Assembly (NCBI GenBank): GCA_002269645.1
Contig: NIVC01000672.1
Coordinates: 124,001 to 188,000, forward strand
DNA length: 64,000 bases
From: Macrostomum lignano
Taxonomy: Eukaryota
Direction: 5' to 3'
Made by a program: the position numbers and the translations under genes. Within the stretch, counting starts at the first letter, position 1. Each line of letters begins with the position of its first letter. Shown piece after piece: positions 55,551-64,000 of this stretch. Below the pieces are notes generated by a model. It was not told the origin of the DNA, did not search any database, and was given only the letters and a program-made list of their open reading frames with translations.

Positions 55551-58314
55551 TGGCGCGTCTCGGTTGGGGATTCGCGGCACGCAGGTGGAGAACCCGGTGC
55601 CGTAGAGGCCGGACATCGGCGGCCGGGCCAGCGGCAGCGGTGGCTCCGGTTGCCGGGTGCTGCTGCCAGCGCCTGAGCTCATGCTGAAGTTGCCCGAGTC
55701 CTCCGGGCAGCTGACGGCTGCCGGGCGGGCGCCATCAGCAGCTCTTCGGGACTGAAATTTCGAGTTGAGAAGTTTCTAATTAGCTGACGAGACATTAAGG
55801 GCATAGTGAAGACTGGAAGGGGTAGGTCCACCCCAGCTCACTGACCAAGGACCCCAGCGAAGGGAGCAAAGCTACCAGTCAGTCAGTCAGTCAGTCAGTC
55901 AGTCAGTCAGTCAGTCAGTCAGTCAGTCAGTCAGTCAGTCAGCCACTCACTCACTCAAGTCAGTCAGTCAGTCAGCCACTCACTCACTCAAGTCAGTCAG
56001 TCAGTCAGCCACTCACTCACTCAAGTCAGTCAGTCAGTCAGCCACTCACTCACTCAAGTCAGTCAGTCAGTCAGCCACTCACTCACTCAAGTCAGTCAGT
56101 CAGTCAGCCACTCACTCAAGTCAGTCAGTCAGTCAGCCACTCACTCACTCAAGTCAGTCAGTCAGTCAGCCACTCACTCAAGTCAGTCAGTCAGTCAGCC
56201 ACTCACTCACTCAAGTCAGTCAGTCAGCCACTCACTCACTCAAGTCACTCAAGTCAGTCAGTCAGTCAGTCAGTCAGTCAGTCAGTCAGTCAGTCAGTCA
56301 GCCACTCACTCACTCAAGTCAGTCAGTCAGCCACTCACTCACTCAAGTCACTCAAGTCAGTCAGTCAGTCAGTCAGTCAGTCAGTCAGTCAGTCAGCCAC
56401 TCACTCACTCAAGTCAGTCAGTCAGCCACTCACTCACTCAAGTCACTCAAGTCAGTCAGTCAGTCAGTCAGTCAGTCAGTCAGTCAGTCAGTCAGTCAGT
56501 CAGTCAGTCAGTCAGTCAGTCAGTCAGTCAGTCAGTCAGTCAGTCAGTCAGTCAGTCAGTCAGTCAGTCAGTCAGTCAGTCAGTCAGTCAGTCAGTCAGT
56601 CAGTCAGTCAGTCAGTCAGTCAGTCAGTCAGTCAGTCAGCCACTCACTCACTCAAGTCACTCAAGTCAGTCAGTCAGTCAGTCAGTCAGTCAGTCAGTCA
56701 GTCAGTCAGTCAGTCAGTCAGTCAGTCAGTCAGTCAGTCAGTCAGTCAGTCAGTCAGTCAGTTAGTCAGTCAGTCAGTCAGTCAGTCAGTCAGTCAGTCA
56801 GTCAGTCAGTCAGTCAGTCAGTCAGTCAGTCAGCCACTCACTCACTCAAGTCACTCAAGTCAGTCAGTCAGTCAGTCAGTCAGTCAGTCAGTCAGTCAGT
56901 CAGTCAGTCAGTCAGTCAGTCAGTCAGTCAGTCAGTCAGTCAGTCAGTCAGTCAGTCAGTCAGTCAGTCAGTCAGTCAGTCAGTCAGTCAGTCAGTCAGT
57001 CAGTCAGTCAGTCAGTCAGTCAGTCAGTCAGTCAGTCAGTCAGTCAGTCAGTCAGTCAGTCAGTCAGTCAGTCAGTCAGTCAGTCAGTCAGTCAGTCAGT
57101 CAGTCAGTCAGTCAGTCAGTCAGTCAGTCAGTCAGTCAGTCAGTCAGTCAGTCAGTCAGTCAGTCAGTCAGTCAGTCAGTCAGTCAGTCAGTCAGTCAGT
57201 CAGTCAGTCAGTCAGTCAGTCAGTCAGTCAGTCAGTCAGTCAGTCAGTCAGTCAGTCAGTCAGTCAGTCAGTCAGTCAGTCAGTCAGTCAGTCAGTCAGT
57301 CAGTCAGTCAGTCAGTCAGTCAGTCAGTCAGTCAGTCAGTCAGTCAGTCAGTCAGTCAGTCAGTCAGTCAGTCAGTCAGTCAGTCAGTCAGTCAGTCAGT
57401 CAGTCAGTCAGTCAGTCAGTCAGTCAGTCAGTCAGTCAGTCAGTCAGTCAGTCAGTCAGTCAGTCAGTCAGTCAGTCAGTCAGTCAGTCAGTCAGTCAGT
57501 CAGTCAGTCAGTCAGTCAGTCAGTCAGTCAGTCAGTCAGTCAGTCAGTCAGTCAGTCAGTCAGTCAGTCAGTCAGTCAGTCAGTCAGTCAGTCAGTCAGT
57601 CAGTCAGTCAGTCAGTCAGTCAGTCAGTCAGTCAGTCAGTCAGTCAGTCAGTCAGTCAGTCAGTCAGTCAGTCAGTCAGTCAGTCAGTCAGTCAGTCAGT
57701 CAGTCAGTCAGTCAGTCAGTCAGTCAGTCAGTCAGTCAGTCAGTCAGTCAGTCAGTCAGTCAGTCAGTCAGTCAGTCAGTCAGTCAGTCAGTCAGTCAGT
57801 CAGTCAGTCAGTCAGTCAGTCAGTCAGTCAGTCAGTCAGTCAGTCAGTCAGTCAGTCAGTCAGTCAGTCAGTCAGTCAGTTCACCAGCTCACCTCGACCG
57901 CAATGATACATCCGGAATCCTCCTTGATCTCGTGGCGCCGCCTGGCCTGCCCAGGCCGCACCAGCACGGGCTCCAGATCCGGGGTCTTCAGCGGCAGCAC
58001 GCCGTGGCACTTGGGGCAGCGCTCCCGCTTCAGCTTCATCCGAGAGTGCGGCGGCTTGCCGGATCCCGCTGAGTGGTGCCGTCGGCGTCGCTCTGAGCCG
58101 CCAGCTGCCGCGGCTGCCGAGGCTGCGGTCGTCCCTGTCGCCGCCGCCGTCGCCGAGTCCTTCGTGTCCGCGGCCGGCGAGTCGGACGACTCGGAGCGGA
58201 AAAGCGACAACAACACGGACACTACAGACCTGGAGCGGCGCTGCTGTGGCCGGCGGCGGGCCGGCCGTCGGCTGCCTGGGCCGCGTCGCCCTCCTCCTTG
58301 GCGGGTGAAAGACA
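55551..58314 (-). CDS. Two internal exons of an unidentified minus-strand gene
   Basis: Exon ~58314-57893 (…RERCPKCHGVLPLKTPDLEPVLVRPGQARRRHEIKEDSGCIIAVE|GTGAG) joins in phase 0 to exon 55751-55551 (TTTCAG|…|GTGAGC, 201 nt, open). Remaining exons not identified. Confidence 0.6.
55876..57880. repeat. ~2-kb (AGTC)n microsatellite with GCCACTCACTCACTCAA inserts
   Basis: Fills the intron between the two exons above. Confidence 0.97.
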
Positions 58315-59869
58315 CTGGAACAGCCCGTGACTCATCCTGACTGCTCGCCTGCCTCAGCAGCCTGCCTGCAGTTCCGCTTTAGAGTGGCAGAGCGGCAAAG
58401 TTTAACCTGGGAGGCGGTGGGTTGGGGAGCTTCAGGGAATCTCGGGATCTCTGGCTGGGACTGGCAATGGGCGGCAGCGGACTGCTTGTTGTTGCTGGAT
58501 TTATAGCCGCGGTTTAGCCGGGGCTGAGAGGGAAGGCTGGAGAGTCCGCAGACGCGGGCCAGCCCGGGCAAGGCGGCAGGGTTTCGCGGCGGCGGGGGGG
58601 AGGGGTCGTCTGGAGGCCGCTGGGGTGGGCGCGCAAGCCGCCCTGCAGCTGGGGGGAGAGAGTGGCAGAGGCAGAGAGTGGAGAGGAGAGAGATTTGGTT
58701 GCTCGGGGAGGGAGACAGAGGGCAGCACAGGGGTTGGGGTGGGAGCTCGGCAGTCTGCAGACAGCTACGAGGCTTGTAATGTAGAAAGTACTTCAAAGCA
58801 AAAATACAAAATTGCAGGGGAGGGGGGGTTGAGGGGCCAGCCAAGGCGCAGCGGGGGACTGGCTGACTGTCCTAGCGGCCAGAATTTTGGTCACGGCCGC
58901 ACCGCAACACAGCCCTGCAACTCCGGCCTCACGCTAGGAGGGGGGAGGGGGAGGGTAGAGAATGAAGAGGACGGACTTAAGGAAGACTTGGAGATGATAG
59001 AGAGACTCGCCAATCCAAAGTGCACAGGGCCGCCGCCTCGGGTCGTTCCGTCTGGCCCGGGTGAGAGACGAGGACAGACTGGAGGGAGGGGCGCGGAAGC
59101 GACTGGCAAAGCCTGAAAGTTCTGAATTCGCCAGCCAGGGAGTCTCAATATACTCTCCCTGCGCCCGCCTCCCAATCCCTGCGGGAGAATGATCCCCCCC
59201 CACCACAGACTTCCCACCGAGCCGCCAGCCCACTTTATCCCTCAGCATCCGTAGTCACTGTAGTCAGCGTCATCATTATGATCTCTTTCTGCATCTCTCT
59301 GTCTGCTTCAATAATCCGTCTGTCTGGGCGCGCATTTCCTCCTTTCGCTTCTTAATCTCCCCTCCCTCCTGGGCAGTCGGACAGGCAGGAGCGGCAGCCT
59401 CCCCTCTCGGCCTCATCATTCTGCCGCCTGACGAGTGACGAGTGGGCGGAACGCGTCTGAGGGAGGTGGCGGCGGGCCTGTCCGAGTGCTGCAGTTGCAA
59501 GGACAAGCAGGCAGTTTTCCTCACAACTTATCCACTCAGGGGGGCCGTCCTGGCTGTCCTTAGGAGACCAGACAGACAGGCCCAGTTCCACCCGATCCGC
59601 TCACCCACCCGCCCACCTACCTGCCCCCCCCCCCCTAGCAGCTGTTTATCCAGCGGCAAGCCGGGACCGGCCACTTCAGACTGGTCGGGGATCGCTGGGG
59701 TGGGCAGTTGGGTCTCGCCAGTCAGCCTTGGGGAGCGGAGGCTGTGCGCTTATTGGCCGTAGTTGTCTGGCATCCCCTGCACTCAGCCTCAGCCCCCACC
59801 CACTCAGCCTGCAAGCCCGGGGCCGTAAATGCGAACTGGACTGGAACTGCGGATTAAATGGGGAGAGGG

Positions 59870-60459
59870 GACTGACTGACTGACTGACTGCCTGACTGAC
59901 TGACTAACTGACTGACTTGAGTGAGTGAGTGGCTGACTGACTGACTGACTGACTGACTGACTGACTGACTTGAGTGAGTGAGTGGCTGACTGACTGACTG
60001 ACTGACTGACTGACTGACTGACTGACTGACTTGAGTGAGTGAGTGGCTGACTGACTGACTCACTCACTGACTCACTGACTGACTTGAGTGAGTGAGTGGC
60101 TGACTGACTGACTCACTCACTGACTGACTCACTGACTCACTGACTGACTTGAGTGAGTGAGTGGCTGACTGACTGACTGACTGACTGACTGACTGACTGA
60201 CTGACTGACTGACTGACTGACTGACTGACTGACTGACTGACTGACTGACTGACTGACTGACTGACTGACTGACTGACTGACTGACTGACTGACTGACTGA
60301 CTGACTGACTGACTGACTGACTGACTGACTGACTGACTGACTGACTGACTGACTGACTGACTGACTGACTGACTGACTGACTGACTGACTGACTGACTGA
60401 CTGACTGACTGACTGACTGACTGACTGACTGACTGACTGACTGGCTGACTGGCTGACTG
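59870..60459. repeat. (GACT)n microsatellite with TTGAGTGAGTGAGTGGC inserts (inverted copy of 55876-57880)
   Basis: Both the core unit and the variant unit are reverse complements of the upstream array. Confidence 0.97.
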
Positions 60460-61217
60460 GCATGGCTAACCAACCGTAACTGTTTATCTGCCAGTCTGAG
60501 CTGTAGCCCGCAGGCACTCGGCAGCAACAGTTCTAGCCGGTCTGCCACAGCTGGACCGGAGCCGCTTGTTTATCCCGAAATAAAATCGCATTTCAGAGCG
60601 GCGGCAGCAGTGAATAAACAAAAATTCATTTGCCAACGATTTTGCTTTTTTATTGTTTAGCAAGCCTATTGCCAGCCGGCCCCAAACCCACTGCGGCAGG
60701 CATTCCTGCTACTCCGCTCACCCTTGCCGCAGCCACCTTCTGCGCCAAATGCTGCATTGGCAGTCCGCTTGCTTTGCTCACAGGCCCAGACCTGGGGCTG
60801 AGGGTGGGGTGGCCCTGTCTGGGCTGTCTGTCTCGCCCTCTTGTGTTGGTGTCCATTACCTCTGCCTGCGCGATTATTGCAGTGGGTGGCCTGGCGGCTC
60901 CGCAGCCCTTGAGGCGCGGGCACAGCGCGACTTCCCGCCTTCCCTGCCGCCTGCCACCCGCCCCCGCGCTGTGCCCGCCAGCCAGCCCGACCGCACGGTC
61001 GCCGGCTGCAAATGAAGCAAAATTAAGATGGACAGCCAACGAGTGCGGCCTCCACTGCGAGGCTAATAGTGCAGGTTAAAAGCAATTAGCAGCGCTGCGA
61101 ACCTGTCACCGCCTGTCTGTCTGTCTGTCCGTCAATGCTGCGTTTAAACAACAACTTCTTAATTAATAAGATATTTTACCAGGAAATTTATGCACCGTGC
61201 GCTTCGGGTGCTGAGAA

Positions 61218-61478
<261 letters not shown>

Positions 61479-62131
61479 CGGACATGCAGAGAAAACAAGC
61501 AGGCAAGGAGAAGCCGCACTCCGGCAGGGTTATTTCTGAGCCGCTCCGCTCTCAAAGCAACGGTCTAATTGGCATCTCTTCCCGCCCGCTCCGCCCCTTC
61601 CTCTGATGAAGTGCCGGCTGGGCCACTCAGCCTCTCCGGCCCTCCCCCAGACGGAGATCGAATTGCACGGAGCGAACCCGAGCGCCCCTTTTGCAAGCAG
61701 CGGCTCAGCTCTCGTCGCCTTTGTCTGGCTGATGACGGCTTTGCATAAACCGGCGTTTAACAGACGGAACTCGGCTGCTTTTGTCCCGGCCGGCTCTCCG
61801 CTGGCCGATCGCCTTGGAACTTGTCAACAAAGGAGGATCTGCCGGGCGCTTCTAATTTTAGACCCTCTCTGCCAGACTGGGACAGCGAGTGCCGGGGGTT
61901 GCTGAGCCCCCCCGGCCAGACACTCCGCTCTGTACTTCATCAAAATTGACTCACTTGCGGCTTGAGCAGAGCCTGGGTAGACAGTTTTTACGAGTGCTCA
62001 CGTGTTCCGGAGCTGATAGAGGATGATTGGGAGTCAAAAATATGTTGTCAAGGTAAAAATTGACAATTTTGCTTTGTCGAGAGCTGCAGACAAATTTTGT
62101 TGTGATAATTAAAACTGAAACCTTCGTCTGG

Positions 62132-62216
62132 CACTAAGACAGACACTAAGACAGACACTAAGACAGACACTAAGACAGACACTAAGACAGACAGACAGAC
62201 AGACAGACAGACACTA

Positions 62217-62249
<33 letters not shown>

Positions 62250-62468
62250 CTAAGACAGACACTAAGACAGACACTAAGACAGACACACAGAGAGACAGAC
62301 AGACAGACACTAAGACAGACAGACACAAACACACAGACAGATAGACAGACAGACAGACAGACAGACACACAAACACACAGACAGACAGACAGACAGACAG
62401 ACACTAAGACAGACACTAAGACAGACACACAGACAGACACACAGACAGACAGACAGACAGACACGCAC

Positions 62469-62511
<43 letters not shown>

Positions 62512-62512
62512 C

Positions 62513-62599
<87 letters not shown>

Positions 62600-62600
62600 C

Positions 62601-62681
<81 letters not shown>
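62132..62681. repeat. (GACA)n compound microsatellite with CACTAA variants
   Basis: Direct reading. Confidence 0.95.
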
Positions 62682-63037
62682 AGCAAAGTGAAATAACAGC
62701 AGGAACATCCTGTTTTGAGATGCCGGGTCCTTTCGGACCAATTAACCAAGCGCTTATAACTTTGCTTTATTTATTTTGCAGCTCAGGGATGCGAGTTAGC
62801 AAAAATTGACTTAGAAAAAATTCCTCTCTGAGTTGGTGTTCGCCCGTCGCGCCGGCCAGCCCACTGGAGCGCAGGTTTCAAACGGTGTTTAAGGTACCAA
62901 CATTCTGCGAGCTTGGCGTTTATCCATCGAGTTGGACTTTGCGGTTTCGCATTGTGCAGCAACAACAGATAAACAATGGTTGGGGGGCGGTAAATTTGTT
63001 CTTCAGCTGCTTGCTGATTAATATTCCTGATTTTCAG

Positions 63038-63291
63038 CTTGAAGAAATTCCCCCAGATGACTGGGCCGAGTTGGACAAGACGACAAAGCTTTGCAACCGG
63101 GACTTGGTGACCAAAGAGGGGGGCAGAGACAAGTTGGAGAAGCAAAATCCAGAGAGTAATTTTGTAACAAATTATGACGGAAACTGCTAGTGAAAAAAGA
63201 CTGCTTTTTTAGACAATGAGGATAAACAGTGAGGATGGAATCCTGGGGCTCACAGCGACAAAGTCAAGGTACCAGAGGTCCTTGAAGCATG
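63038..63291 (+). CDS. Possible two small exons of an unidentified gene (63038-63163, 63213-63291)
   Basis: TTTTCAG| and TTTTTTAG| acceptors, strong donor CATG|GTAAGA at 63292, protein-like translation (LEEIPPDDWAELDK…; TMRINSEDGILGL…). The first donor is weak. Confidence 0.35.
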
Positions 63292-63885
63292 GTAAGATGC
63301 AGGGAGAGTCAGATGGGAGAGAGACATATCACACAGTGAGATGCAGGGAGAGTCAGATGGGAGAGAGACATATCACACAGTGAGATGCAGGGAGAGGCAG
63401 ATGAGAGGGAGACATACCACATTGAGATGCAGGGAGAGGCAGATGAGAGGGAGACATATCACACAGTGAGATGCAGGGAGAGTCAGATGGGAGAGAGACA
63501 TATCACACAGTGAGATGCAGGGAGAGTCAGATGGGAGAGAGTCATATCACACAGTGAGATGCAGGGAGAGGCAGATGGGAGAGAGACATATCACACAGTG
63601 AGATTCAGGGAGAGTCAGATGGGAGAGAGACATATCACACAGTGAGATGCAGGGAGAGTCAGATGGGAGAGAGTCATATCACACAGTGAGATGCAGGGAG
63701 AGTCAGATGGGAGAGAGACATATCACACAGTGAGATGCAGGGAGAGTCAGATGGGAGAGAGTCATATCACACAGTGAGATGCAGGGAGAGGCAGATGGGA
63801 GAGAGACATATCACACAGTGAGATGCAGGGAGAGGCAGATGAGAGGGAGACATATCACACAGTGAGATGCAGGGAGAGGCAGATG
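63292..63885. repeat. 44-bp minisatellite (GTGAGATGCAGGGAGAGTCAGATGGGAGAGAGACATATCACACA), ~13 copies
   Basis: Period 44 measured at 63481 to 63525. The first unit begins at the donor GTAAGA. Confidence 0.95.
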
Positions 63886-64000
63886 TGCAGATAGGAAACA
63901 GCGAGAAACCAGTGAGTAGAGGTAGTGAGGCGGTCAAATTGACTCAAAGATGTCGCAGAGCTCAAATTGTTCAGACTGGGATGCTGAGAAGTAGGAGAGC

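Overview
Eukaryotic, repeat-saturated animal DNA with GC-rich, poly-Ala/Gln exons and introns filled with mini- and microsatellites. The style suggests a flatworm such as Macrostomum (inference only). Host content: a tandem pair of intronless TRAF-like genes (one lacking the MATH domain); a six-exon coiled-coil gene with a CTTNBP2/NAV-like C-terminal segment; a ~14-kb RRM-like gene ending in an eh1-like motif; and exon fragments of two further genes. Mobile DNA: a decayed non-LTR RT fragment, a 378-bp MITE with a perfect 8-bp TSD, a candidate ~8.2-kb TIR element whose interior has become a 238/139-bp satellite, and a very young full-length Ty3/Gypsy LTR retrotransposon (44655-53328, minus strand; 4-bp TSD AAGC, PBS, PPT, near-identical LTRs). 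The standout observation is the third ORF of this retrotransposon. It sits in the env position but encodes a DnaJ (HPD-intact J) domain fused through an acidic linker to a chromodomain, i.e. a candidate element-encoded Hsp70-recruiting chromatin reader. All calls come from manual reading; no database search was run.
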